Part shown: in pieces, positions 49,961 to 61,993 of the stretch
Layout of the letters: each line of letters begins with the position of its first letter
Position numbering within the stretch: the first letter of the stretch is position 1
Source of the DNA: Lama guanicoe
Lineage: Eukaryota
Direction of reading: 5' to 3'
Assembly (NCBI GenBank): GCA_013239625.1
Contig: MU054391.1
Location: 7,473,095 to 7,537,094, forward strand
Length of the DNA: 64,000 bases
The notes under the pieces: model-generated
Database searches by the model: none
Seen by the model: the letters and a program-made list of their open reading frames with translations, nothing else
What the model was told of the DNA's origin: nothing
Position numbers and translations under genes: made by a program

Positions 49961-51499
49961 AAATTTCACACAGAATCCCCTATTTTACAACATATATAGA
50001 GAGTATGATGCAATTTTTGTTTAAAAAACTAATAGTATGCATAGGAAAAACCCGAAGTATATCAAAATATTAGAAGTGATTATCTCTGGATGATAAAATT
50101 GTGGATGCTTTTCATTTCCTTCATCCTGTTTTCCTAGATATCCCAATTTTTCTTTGTGAATGCACTTTTCACCTCTATATTTCAGCCCCTCGTGTCATGC
50201 TCTGCATGAACATGCTTTGGTGTGTTTCAAGGCTGTGTTGTTAGATTTCATCTCCTTGTTCCCTGAATTATCTCCCTTTGGGATCTTATCCGAATCTTCA
50301 AATATCACCTACATGCCATGGATTCTAAAATCTTTACTTCTACTCCCTGACTTTCCATGAGCCCCAGACCTCTCTTCTACTCGGGTAACTCCATCAAGGC
50401 ATCCAAAAGGCACTCTGAATACAATTTGGCAAAGCTCTCACTCATTTTCATAAACAGCTGGGAGCCTGGCACTGTAATAGATGCTTTGTATAACTTACTC
50501 ATAACCACACTATAAAACAAATGAGAAAATTGAGGCTGAAGAAGGTTAGGGACTTACAGTGGTACTAAAGAATCTAATTTCAGGCATCTGGAGAGCCTCA
50601 GTTAGCCCAAAATCCTTTGGGGTTCAGCAGGCAGCCAAGTCCAATGGCCAGGTTAGAGGCACTGCTGGCCCAGCCCTGGGCAAACAGCCTTCTCTGAAGT
50701 GGGTACCTTGGCAGAAAATTCTTTGCTAGCAATATAAGCAGGAGGATAGGTTTTTAATTGGTCCATATTACGTTCCATTCTGTCCATGCTCTACAGACTC
50801 ACGGGTCTTTGCCTTGGCTTCAGTGTTGGCCATTTGGGATGTCCTTCTCTCTTAACTCCATCAATTACAACCCTCTTTATCCTTAAGGTCCAGACTAAAG
50901 GACATGACCTTCCTCTACTTTCCTACACAAGATTCTTCTTCCACTTCCATTAGAGCTTTATTCCAATTTGCCTAACACTGAGTTAGCTGTTGAACCGCTG
51001 CCAGTGGAATTGCTTGCTAAGCTCCCGGCAGGAAGAATTTCGGTCCCATTCATTTCAGGATCCACGTGTCCAGCCTAGATAATTGCTTAGATATATCCTC
51101 CACAGTTTGTACAGTTAAGTAGTTGCCGAATAAATGCCATGGTAATTATGCCTTTGATTTTTGCACAAATGGAAACATACTGTGTCTTTCTTCCCCATTA
51201 GAATGTAAACCCTAAGATGGCAGAACTATTACAATAGTTCTTTAACTATTAAGTAAACAGAGGAAACCAAACATGTACTGAAATAAATCAGGAAGACTTC
51301 TAATAACAATTGGGATAAAATTCATGGAATGCTTAGCCAATGCTTGGCTAATTGGTATTAACTTTTACCCTCAGAAGAATTCTGAGTGGTTGAGAGGTGA
51401 CTATAATAAAAAGGATGACAGAGATAATTGAATTCATTTAACTATAGAACTAAGACTATAATCAACTTGAGAATTATGATTACTGAAAACAAAGAATTA

Positions 51500-52500
51500 T
51501 CCTAGAAATCATGTGGGAAAAACTGGGTAACCATCTGGAAAAAGCAAAGCTGATAGTTCCTTCACAACTTACTATAAAATAAAATTTTGGATGAATCCAA
51601 GGTTTAGACATAAAAAGTGAAACTCTACACCAGAAGAAAACATTAGAGAGTTAAAAATAAATCCTGGAGTGGGAAGGCTTTTATAAATTAAAAAAAAATC
51701 CACAAGTGATAAATTTTACTATATGAACAAACAGAAAATCAAGAAAAATATTTGCATAAACATCAAAATGTCCTTAATATATAAAGAGCATCTATATATT
51801 GATAAGAAAAGATTGACAATGCACTCATTATATGATGGGATAATTCATAGAAAAATATATGTGAATAGCTGTTAAACACATAGACACATATTCAACTTTA
51901 CTCATGAAAAGAGAAATACAAATAGAAATTATAATGATATAACATTTACTACCTATCAGAGCAGCAAAGATAAAAATATTTGATATTACATTATGTTTGT
52001 GTGTGCAGCAACACAGACTCATATGAATTGTTGGTGGAAGTTCAAATAATAAAACTCTATGAAGGATAATGTGGCAACATACATCAAAAATAGCATATAC
52101 CTTTTGACTGAGTAATTCTACTTCTAGAATTTTATCTTAATGATAAATTTGCTACAGACCTCACACATCCAAGGCTACTGGTTGTGGCATCTTTATTTTG
52201 GATTTATTAAAGACGGAAAATGACTGAAAAACCCATAAATAGGAAACCAGTTAATAACTATGATAATCTATAATATCAAATAATATGAAACCATCAAGAA
52301 GAATGAGGTAGCTTTATACCATGGATATGAAAAAAATCTCCAAATTAAGTTGCAACAAATTGTTAAGTGAAAGAAGCAGGGAGCAAGCTAATATGCACAG
52401 TATGTTTCCATTTGTGCAAAAATCAAAGAACATAAACATGCATGCTTATGAAAACAAAAGCAGCTCCAAAAGAAAATTATCCTGGGAAACTTCCATCTAG
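51500..52500 (+). mobile_element. L1ME-type ORF2 end and 3' region
   Basis: aactgggtaaccatctggaaaaa...attcaactttactcatgaaaagagaaatacaaat...taattctacttctagaattttatc. Confidence 0.75.
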
Positions 52501-52849
52501 CAGATGAAGAAATGGAGAACCAGAAATGTTATGGATTACCTTCAAAGTCAACCTGTTCGCTTGGTAAGAAATTTCAACCCAAGTCACTTGACTCTGATCA
52601 TTTGCTTTTCTCCCTAGTTAGCATGCCAGGTTTTCTGGTGAGAAATTCAGAGAGAACAGATATGGTTCTTACCCTGGAAGTACTCATGGTAGAGGAGCAG
52701 AAGCAGAAAAGAACAGCTACCTAGAAACATGGTGATCGTGCCAACCTCAGGCTTCAGTGGGATTACAGACAAGTCTGAGGGCTCTGAAAGGGTATGAAGA
52801 TTAACACTTCAATTGTGCTGTAGGGTTTTTTTTTTGATTTAAAAAAAAA

Positions 52850-52942
52850 TTTTATTGAAGTATAGTCAATTACAATGTGTCAATTTCTGGTGTACGGTAC
52901 AATGTCCCAGTCATGCATATACATACATACATTCATTTTCAT
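52850..52942 (-). mobile_element. Very short young L1 3' tail
   Basis: ttttattgaagtatagtcaattacaatgtgtcaatttctggtgtac, flanked on both sides by atttaaaaaaa..tttt. Confidence 0.75.
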
Positions 52943-53074
52943 ATTTAAAAAAATTTTGTGTGTGTGTTGTGTTTTGAAAGGAGACTTATACGTTTAAGAC
53001 TTAGAGGTCACATCACAAAGAAAGAAAGGAGGGATAAGAGACTGAGAAGAATCAGCATGAGTGAAGGCTCAGAA

Positions 53075-53360
53075 TTCATGCATTCATTCATTCATTCATT
53101 CATTCATCCAGAAGGTATTTATTGGCCATCAGTAAGTCCTGGGCATGAAATGATGACCTAGTTAGACAAGGTCTGCAGCCTTATTGTCACATACTGAGGA
53201 TATAAACAGATAAGCTCATCTCAGAATAGTAAATGCCAAGAAGTTTTATAAAGAAAACAAAAAATGGCGACATGACGGTGAGTGAATGGGGGTGGTGGAA
53301 GGGCTCCTTTATAGACCAGTCAGATCAGCTCTCCCTGAGAAGGTGACACTGGGGCAGAGA
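53075..53360 (-). mobile_element. L2 3' end with (TTCA)n tail
   Basis: (cattc/ttca)n followed by tatttattg...agacaaggtc...ctccctgagaaggtgaca. Confidence 0.75.
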
Positions 53361-53508
53361 TTTTAGTCTCCATCTCCTCCTTCATCTTCATCATTAGCAT
53401 CCTCTGCCTGTCCTTCTGTCACTTCTCTGTTCATCCATCTATAATAGAAACCACAGGTGTAATTTACATGGTTTTGGTTACCATACTAACAAAGTTAAAA
53501 TGAACCAG

Positions 53509-54090
53509 TGTGTTGGTTCATTTTATGTCTCAACTTGACTGGCTATGGGGTGCCCAGATTAAATATGATTTCTGAGTGTGTCCGGGAGGGTGTTTCTGGG
53601 TGAGATTAGCATTTGGGTCAGTGGGTTTAGTAAGGTAGATGGCCCTCCCCAGTGGGGCTGGGCACCGTCCAATCTGTGGAGGGCCTGAGTAAAACAAAAG
53701 TCAGAGGAAGGAGGAGTGTACCCCCTTTTTTTCCTGCCTCCCTCTTGTATGGGGACATGTCATCTCAGACTGGATTTCCACCATTCGCTTCCCTGGTTCT
53801 CAGCTCTTTGGACTTGGACTGGGACTGGAATACCTCACTAGTACTCCTGGGTCTCCAGCTTGCAAATGGCAGGATTATAGGACTTCTCGGCCTCCATAAT
53901 TGCATGAACCAATTCCTATAATAAATCTATCTATCTATCATCTGTCTATCATCTATCTATCTATTATCTATCATCTATCTATCATCTGTCTATCGTCTAT
54001 CTATCTATCTATCTATCTATCTATGTATCTATGTATCTATCGTCTATCTATCTCTCTAATTGGTTATGTTCCTCTGGAGAACCTAACACA
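53509..54090 (+). mobile_element. MLT2 (ERVL) solo LTR
   Basis: TGTGTTGGTTcattttatgtctcaacttgactgg...ctctggagaacctaaCACA; 5-bp TSD ACCAG/AGCAG with one mismatch. Confidence 0.9.
53925..54056. repeat. (TCTA)n imperfect tetranucleotide microsatellite inside MLT2
   Basis: Read directly from the sequence. Confidence 0.95.
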
Positions 54091-55563
54091 AGCAGTAACC
54101 CCACTAAAAAGATAAAAAGAAGCAGTGAAATTAATTTAGTCAGATATTTTATTTAGTCAGATATACCCCCAATATTTCATTTTAACATGCGATCAATATA
54201 AAAAACATATAAATGCAATGTTTTACATTTTCATTTTAAATCTTCAAAATCCGGGGTGTGTTAGACACTGACAGCACATCTATTACACCAGCTCCATGGC
54301 AAACACTCAGCCACCACAGGTGACTCAGGGCTGCTGTACTGAACGACTCAGGTCTCAAGCCGGTGCTGTTTTTACCAGTGCAGTGTTCAGTAGAACCTTC
54401 TAGAAGAAAATGCTAGGATTATTTTTTTGTAAAAATGTTATAGCTGACTGTAGAATGCTAATGGATAGAGCGATCATAACAAAATTAAGAGCTGGGACAA
54501 GATGAAGAGAGATGAAGTGTTTTGGATTTCTTAATTCCAGACTATTTCTGGAGAGGTAAAAATCTCCTCCTTAGCCTCCTCTATTTCTTGCTCCAAATAT
54601 CTCACGTCCCACATCCCGGGTCTTGTTTCCTTGTAAACAGGTAGAGGTGGCAGAAAGTGGATCAATACTGATATTGATAACCATGTTTACCTTTGCACTC
54701 AAGGCTCACAAATATTGGGTTTCCCTGTGTACAGGCTGAATGCATAACATGCAACCAGGTGGCACCAAGGAACACTGGTGTCACTCTGTATGATTAAATA
54801 CTATAAAAGGTACAGGCTATTATAGTCTTCACAATTTAGGAGCTTTTTTCAAACTTTCTAAAACTCCCGTGGAGCAAATCCACAGCCTGCTTTTCTAAAT
54901 TATCTCCTTGAGTAAAATAGAAGATCGCTTCCTTTCCAACACGAATAATATTTATGCTTACATGTAGGTCAGAGTCAGCCAAACAGCTCTTGTGTCTGAA
55001 CGTCTATTTTAGACTTGGCTGTCATGACAACCATGGGATGGGGCCCAGGTGTCTTCTGTCTCCTGACACACAGACAGCAAGTTTGCAGGCCTGGCTGTGA
55101 TTTCTGGGGAGCAGCACTCAGGAGCTGTCACAGGGTGAATCAGCCCACTTGGTCTTGGCGGGGGTGCTGGCCTAACAGACTGAAAAAAGATTCTGTTCCA
55201 CGTGGATCCTTAATTTATCAAATTAGATTAGACAAGGGCACAGTGGAGAGGATTGGGATTAATAATGGGCTAAGTTTCCGTAGAACTACAAAAGCAAAGA
55301 AGGCTGAGCAAGCATACAGGGCAGAGTCCAAGGGATGCTTGCCCCTAAAATCCAGATTTGAGATTTCGGTGTGCTGGGCTCACATCCCAGTCCAAGGACA
55401 CAGGTTCCCTGGGAGGAAGCCCTAGCATAGCTCACACCCCCATTTCGATTAGCCTGGCTCCAACTGAGTTCAGCCCCGGGAATCCGAGTGGGTAGATGAC
55501 AGCCTCTTTCCTGTCCTGCCTGTCAAAGAGTTTGCTCCTAGGATCAGCTCACGTCTCCTACAA

Positions 55564-55750
55564 CAGTGGATCTCAAACTTGCCGCATGACAAGATCATCA
55601 GAGAAGCTTTGAAAACTCTGGTCCACTGGCAAGACTCCATATGTATTAAATCGGGGTGTCTTGGAGGGGTGGGGCACAGAAGTCAGGATGTCAGTAGTTA
55701 TTAAAGCTCCTTTGTGATTACAATTTATATTCATGGCTGAGATACGCTGA
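55564..55750. mobile_element. MER5A-like hAT MITE
   Basis: cagtggatctcaaactt...aaagctcctttgtgatt...tgagatacgctg. Confidence 0.7.
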
Positions 55751-55858
55751 CTTAGAATGGATTGAGGGAGGCATGTGGTAACATAGAAACTTGGCTTACA
55801 GGTTTTTCTTACTATCCTAAAATGTATACTAACATGGACTTTATTTGATCAACTGGAA

Positions 55859-56216
55859 CAGAGTATCAAAACTTTTGCTTTTAGACCCCTTTCCACACTT
55901 AAAAATTACTAAAAATTTCAAAATTCTCTTTGTTTATGTAACTATGTCTATTGACATTCATTGTACCAGAAGTTAAAGCTGAGATTTTTACAAACACAAG
56001 AGTATACCAGCACACAGTCTACTGGCCATCAGAGCACTGGTGTCATTGCACGTCTCGAAGCCTCTAGAAAAGCCTGCGGCAATCCCGCAAGCGGACGAGA
56101 GTGAATAAAGCAAATGGTATCTGAGCTTCGTCATGGCAACGGCTTTGACCCGCGGACCCCCTGAAAAGGTCCCAGGGATCCCAGGATATTTCTGGATCAC
56201 ATTTTGAGAACTCTTG
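55859..56216. mobile_element. hAT-Charlie non-autonomous DNA transposon (subfamily not assigned)
   Basis: gacccctttccacacttaaaaattact...tttgacccgcggaccccctgaaaaggtc...cacattttgagaactcttg, with a Charlie-type terminal inverted repeat. Confidence 0.75.
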
Positions 56217-56499
56217 AGCTAAATTTTCTCATGATTTTGAGAAAAATCAAGACTTTCCTTTCTGAGAATAATTCCTCTTTTTACTGATGTTTTGTGTTTT
56301 GGGATTTGCAAACATACCGACTAGACATATTTCTTACCAGAGGACATGGATTCATTCATTCTCGGGGTATTTGGCAAAACACAGAATAAGAGAACATTTT
56401 CTAGCAAACTGTCTCTATCTCTGTCAACATCGTCACCTCTCACCTCTGTATCCTCATCATGGTCCTGAGATGTCAGGTGGTATTAATTTATTAAGTTCA

Positions 56500-56720
56500 G
56501 ATAATAATATCAAAGTCATGACTATATACTATGCACGAGGCATCGTGTTGAGCAATTGCTGCTTAACTCATTGCATTCTCACACTGTTCTAAGTCAGGAA
56601 TTGCTGTTATTCCAATTTTATGGATGAAGAATCAGAACCTAGGAGAGGTTAGTACCTGCCATGATTATATGCTCCTAATGTGTTAGAGCAGAGGGTGGGC
56701 CGGGAGCTGCCTGCACCACC
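56500..56720 (-). mobile_element. MIR SINE
   Basis: tactatgcacgaggcatcgtgttgagc...attccaattttatggatgaagaa...gagaggttagtacctgcc. Confidence 0.7.
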
Positions 56721-57489
56721 AGGGCCCTTGTCTCTGCACTCTGTACATGCAGCCCTCGTGAGCTCCAAGTTCACAGGCATGGCCGGAGCTGCATGTGTTC
56801 TTGGGTCTCTTCTTCCTGGAAAAAATATAGATAAAACCAAAGGACACACACACACACACACAGCAGTATCCAGATATAATTTTCAGCTATCTATATTTCA
56901 TTAAACATTTCCATTTGTTAAATTATATACCTCATATTTCTATCATATCTGTTATCATTGAAAGTTTTTTCAGCTATGGAACTGTCAGCAATTCAGAGCT
57001 GGGAAAGACCTTAAGATCATCAAGGCCAATCTTCTAGTTTTACAGAGCAGGCAATTCAACCTGATTAGGCAAATTTTCTGAGGATCACACAGATTATTAC
57101 TAACAGATCCTGGTCAAGGAAAGGAACCCAGTCCCGGATGGATGGACTCCTAGTTTTATTTGTCATATAACAATGTACTGGATGCTTTGTGAGCCATGCT
57201 TGGAAGGGATCCTGCAAAAGCGAGGAAAGAAATGTTAGGTGACCCAGATTCCAGTAAAAAAAAAAAAAGATATATATGCGCACACACACACACACATATA
57301 CATAGTATATGTGTATGTAAGTGTGTCATTCTTAAAGCTGTGTGTGGAAGAATCTTAAAAACTAGTAGGAGGAAAGAATGCTGAAATTTGCTAGGAAGTC
57401 CACCACATGCCTCCTTCAAATGCCTCTGGGGGTGGGCTGCACTGAGAACTTCTGAAGTTGCTGCCGTCTCATGGTCACGCGATGCGAAG

Positions 57490-57830
57490 CGAAAGTTTTC
57501 AATCCCAGTTTCATGTTAGAATCACTTGGAAGGCTTCAAAATGAAGCAAAACAAAACAAAAACATAAAACCAAAAACCCAGTTCTTACTCCCCACCCTCA
57601 GTGATTCTGATTACTTGGTCTGAGTGGTAGTTTGTCAAAGCTCCCCAGGGCTGAGGATCACCGTGGTGGAGAAGACACAGGCTTTGGTGTCAGAGGACCT
57701 AGATCCCATTCCGGGTTTCATCACCTCTGTGCTGTGTGACCACAGGCAAGCTGCTGATCGAAGTTCCCTCCACTAAACGTGGAGGTACCACTGCACACTA
57801 AGAGGACTAGAGGGTACACGCGTGGCCAGG
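57490..57830. mobile_element. MER5A-like element followed by a MIR
   Basis: tagaatcacttggaaggctt...gattctgattacttggtctgagt...aagctccccag, then ggctttggtgtcaga...ctgtgtgaccacaggcaag. Confidence 0.65.
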
Positions 57831-58377
57831 CAGTGAAAGGAATCTTCCAGTTCCCACAGGTGTGGACAGCGGAAGAGCTCAGCCATTCACGGGAAGGGGT
57901 CACCTTCTTTGTGTTCCTGGGAAATAGAAAGTCTTTGAGATCAGAGTGTCTAGGTGCCCCTGTCCGGCTCCTCGTCTAGTGTATCACTCCATCCCGGGAA
58001 AAGACTCTGAACCCGGATGAGCCATGAAGCTTTATTATTCTGCTGCCAGCATGATACAGACGGACCCCTGCCCTCTGAGGTCTGTCTCCTGCCTTTTTCT
58101 CAAACTCCTATCTCACCTCTGCCAGCTTTGCTTTTTATTGTCCTATAACACTGATGCTTTTATGTCTCCTCCTGTCACATTTTCCATACCTTCTCATAGA
58201 GGGTGAATACTAACCGCGCCCAGTGCCCCGTCTGCTGCCTTCCCTCGGGTCTGATGGGACCAGAACTCTGATGGGGTACAGTTACATACACACAGAGGAT
58301 GCATCTTCATCCTTTTGGGGCTATTAATTCTTTTAGGTCTCTGGGTATTTGGTGCTATAAGATAAACCTGGATGGTT

Positions 58378-59190
58378 GTATCAGGGTCTTTTTTTTAATT
58401 GCTAAGTGATAAGTCACCACAAACTTAATGGCTTAAACAGCACACAATGGCTTATACTCTCACATTTTGTACATCAGGATTCTGGGACTAGCTAAGCTGG
58501 GTCTTCTGCTCAGCGTCTCTGAAGGTTACAATTAAGGTATCATCTGGGTGGGGTGGGCAGGGTATAGCTCAGTGGTAGAGTGTGTGCTCAGCAAGCCCGA
58601 GGTCCTGGGTTCAATCCTCAGTACCTCCATTAAAATACATAAATAAACCTAATTTACCCTCCCACCCCCCAAAAAATCACCGCCAACAACAACAGCAACA
58701 ACAAAAGATATCATCTGGCTGTATTCTCATCTGGATATTCAACTAGGGAAGAATTCACTTCCGCTCTCATTCAAATTGTTGGAAGAACTCACTTAACACA
58801 CGGCTGTAGGACTGAGACTGTCAGCTTCTTAGCGGCTGTCAGCTGGAAGCCTTTTGCCTTAGAGGTCATGCCGTCCCCTGCCATGTGGCCCTCCCCAAAG
58901 GTGGTTTACAGCATGACTGCTTCTTCAGAGCCCGCAGGAGAAGCTTTCTCCAGCCCTAGGAGTCGCCTTTTTTTTTTTTAATTAAAGCATTTTGGGGTGT
59001 TTTAATAAGAAAGAAGGATGTTATCAAATTGATAGAAAAAACAGAATAGAGCCAACCTAAGAGGAATCTTATCTAATGCAGGAGAATCACGGGAGAGAAA
59101 ACCCATCACCTTTGCCACAGACTACTTGTTAGAAAGCGTTCATTGTTTCTACCTGCCCCCAATGGGACGGATTCATAAAGCACGTCTCCT
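58378..59190 (-). mobile_element. MLT1 solo LTR, interrupted by a SINE
   Basis: tgtatcag...caccacaaacttaatggcttaaac...ctcattcaaattgttggaagaactcactt...cccatcacctttgccaca. Confidence 0.75.
58548..58704 (+). mobile_element. tRNA-Ala-derived camelid SINE (vic-1-like)
   Basis: A box TAGCTCAGTGG at 58565-58575 and B box GGGTTCAATCC at 58607-58617, then an A/CAA tail. TSD AAG(G/A)TATCATCTGG at 58534-58547 and 58705-58718. Confidence 0.9.
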
Positions 59191-59890
59191 TGGGGCATTT
59201 CCAGCATAGCTGCTCACCTCTTAAGAGGAGTCTGTTAGAAAGTTCCTGGAGGTTGAGGATGAGGCCCAGAGAAAAGGAAGAGGGCTGAGTGTGTGTTTAT
59301 TGTCGGGGAGAAAGGCTCTCCTACTGGGGAGGTTAGCTACCCGAGGTAAAGACAGAGTCTTGGATCCACAGGAAGGAGTGAGGGAGCAGGCCACGTGGTC
59401 AGTCACTGGGGTAGGTTTTAGACCGAGGACAGGAGGCCCTGAGGCTCCCCTGTGGTCCTCCTCAAGACAGAGGCCACACGGGGCTCGGGGCCAAGCTGGC
59501 AGGAACACCAGCAGTTGTGGAAGACGGCTGGCAGGACTCTGGGTTCTTGGGCAAGGTCTACGTGGTATTTCATGATGCGATGCCTTCAGTAATGTTCCTC
59601 TGTTTCCCCTGGAGTCGTTCCCTCTCCTTTTCCCGTGGCTGATTGTGCTCATCCTTCAACGTGAAGCTCAAACATCACTACCTAACTCCCTGACTGTTCT
59701 CTGCCCTCACGTTTCTGTGTTAGGTCGTCTTCCTCAGATTAGCAGGGAACCTACACCTGCCTCCTTCCAGGCATCTCTCTGCTCACCAAGTCCTGCTCAC
59801 ACAGCTCATCCACCACGCCCTACCTGAGGTCAAGGCCGATGGTCCGCTCTTTCTCCAGGATTTAGCCTGTCGCATAATAAATGCCCTTTA

Positions 59891-60058
59891 TTTTATTAAA
59901 CTTTCTATTTTTTAAATATTTAAAATAACTTTTTAATGTTTTAGGGGGAGGTAATTAGGGTTTGCTGATTTATTTTTCAGAGGAGCTACTGGGAGTTGAA
60001 CCCAGGGCCTCACGCATGCTAAGCATGCACTCTGCCACTTAAGCTATACCTTTCTCCC
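59891..60058 (-). mobile_element. tRNA-Ala-derived camelid SINE (vic-1-like)
   Basis: Antisense ttgaacccagggcctcacgcatgctaagcatgcactctgccacttaagctatacc. TSD T(A/G)ATAAAT(G/A)CCCTTTA at 59875-59890 and 60059-60074. Confidence 0.9.
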
Positions 60059-60394
60059 TGATAAATACCCTTTAATTCTGACCTATATTTATATAATCCT
60101 TCTACTTATAGAAAAGAGATAATATTTAAAAGCCCTCCAACTATCATTTTCTTCCCTTCCATGTTTTAACATAATATTGATTAATTGAAATACCTAGTCT
60201 GTTTATTAACACAAGGTTTTATTTATTGTGGGGAGAGGTCTGCCGGTTTGGAACCAGCTACTTAATGTGAACAGAAACTTTCAGGCTTAATGCTTCTTTT
60301 CCCCTCAGTTTCTATCATAATTTTTAGTTGTTTATCATCAGTCTGAGTGAGTTGAATCTACTTTTGAGTCTTCTTGCCTTTCAGCAAATTTTCT

Positions 60395-60585
60395 CCTTTT
60401 TTAAATTGAAGTTAGTTGATTTACAGTGTTGTGTTAGTTTCCGATGTACAGCAAAGCAATTCAGTTATATAGATTCTTTTTCATATTCTTTATCATTATA
60501 GGTTATTACAAGATATTGAATAGAGTTCCTTGTGTTCCGTAGGACCTTGTTGTTTATCTATTTTAAATATAGCAGTGTGCATCTG
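60395..60585 (-). mobile_element. L1 3' tail
   Basis: aattgaagttagttgatttacagtgttgtgttagtttc...aggaccttgttgtttatctatttt. Confidence 0.85.
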
Positions 60586-61899
60586 CAAATCTTTTCGGCT
60601 GGCATGTGCTGTCACTGAAATCTGTATCCCTGGGGATGCACCCTCAGGAATCTTCTTTCAGGAGAACGGGGAGGTGGAGAAGCTTCAGGAACACTTGGAG
60701 TTTTGTAGAAACCAAAATTGCGATTCTGGCGTTCCGGGATGAGCACACAGTGCCTCTCTCCTATTAGACTTCTCGGTACATTAAGTTTGCCAACCGTTCA
60801 TGACACTGCCCAAGTCATTTAGCCTCTAAGCTTTGGTTTCCTCCACTGAAAAAGAAATGGAAATGCCACTATTTTATAGGATCAATGTTAGTTGAGTGTT
60901 TTTCCTTTCTCTCCCTTTTGAGAATTTCTTATTAAGTCCAAGGAACATGGAAACCAGAAATAGATTTCAGTTTTATAGGCCTTTCTGCTGATAGCTAATA
61001 AAACCACTTACTCAGCATGCTTTCTGTTAGTCTTCCCAGAAAAATGAGAAATCAGAGGTTAAAGAGGGCTAAGTAATTCAAAATGTACTCCCAAATATGT
61101 AATCTACAGAACAATAGATTTATTGAGCTTTTAAACAATAAAGGTAGAGGGTGAATCTTGAGGAAGGGAATGCAGTTTCAAGACTTACATCATCAGAGTA
61201 CACTTTTCAAAAACAAGAGTTATATGATAGTTTAATTTTTAGACGTATTTCTGTAATCTGCTGCCTCACTTTTCAGAGTTGGTGAATGAAGCCCAGAGAG
61301 GTGAGGTAAAATTTCCAACATTGCACAGCGCACCAAAGATGCAGGTCACTTTATTAATAAAATCCTTCTACCTGAGTTGCTTATTAAATTTTAATTAAGT
61401 TTGTTTATAATAAAGACCGGGGTAGGAGATTGCGATCAGCTTTGTAAAGATCCTCCTTGCGCTGCACGTTATCCTGTGCTAATGAAAGCCCACTGAAAAC
61501 ACAAGAAGAGTGACGCTGTCAGGTTTTGTGTGTTCGAAAGTCCCTTCTGATAAGTGTGAGAAGGGCAGGTAGAAATGGGCCAGAGTAAAGGAAAGTCATC
61601 AGGCCAGAAATCAGATGACGGACAGTCATCTGGGTGCTCAAATAACAGGAGTTCCAAGTTTTCCTTTGTTCTCCTCCGCACCACTTGGGCAGCTCTGGAT
61701 GAGTCCTGGCTATTTTCCTTGCAAATGAAAAATAATACTTTTCTTTCTCATATTCAAGACTTTCATTCCTCTTACCCTTCTGTGACTTCTCTTTTCTGGC
61801 TTAATTCTTTACAAAACATGACCAGTTACAAGAGGCTCTCTGAGCATTTCTTAAAATACTCCTTAGAGTTCTGCAGTAAATGTCCCTCCCTTCCAGGCT

Positions 61900-61993
61900 C
61901 TTTTCCATTTTTTCCAATGGAGGTACTGGGGATTGAACCCAGGACTTCTTGCATACTAAGCACACACTGTACCACTGAGCTATTTCCCTCCCC
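61900..61993 (-). mobile_element. tRNA-Ala-derived camelid SINE (short)
   Basis: tggaggtactggggattgaacccaggac...ctaagcacacactgtaccactgagcta. Confidence 0.88.

Larger units (their letters stand above)
53440..54352 (+). mobile_element. MER33 (hAT-Charlie), interrupted by an MLT2 LTR
   Basis: ccacaggtgtaattt before the LTR; gtgaaattaattt...tcaatataaaaa...tcttcaaaatccggggtgtg...acagcacatct after it. Confidence 0.75.

Noticed and set aside
53900..54115. Ile/Tyr/Leu/Ser-rich ORF
   Set aside because: It is the translation of the (TCTA)n repeat.
58561..58630. tRNA-Ala-like sequences (also at 59980-60055 and 61917-61993)
   Set aside because: They have mutated stems or anticodon arms, and two have SINE tails and TSDs; these are SINE heads, not tRNA genes.
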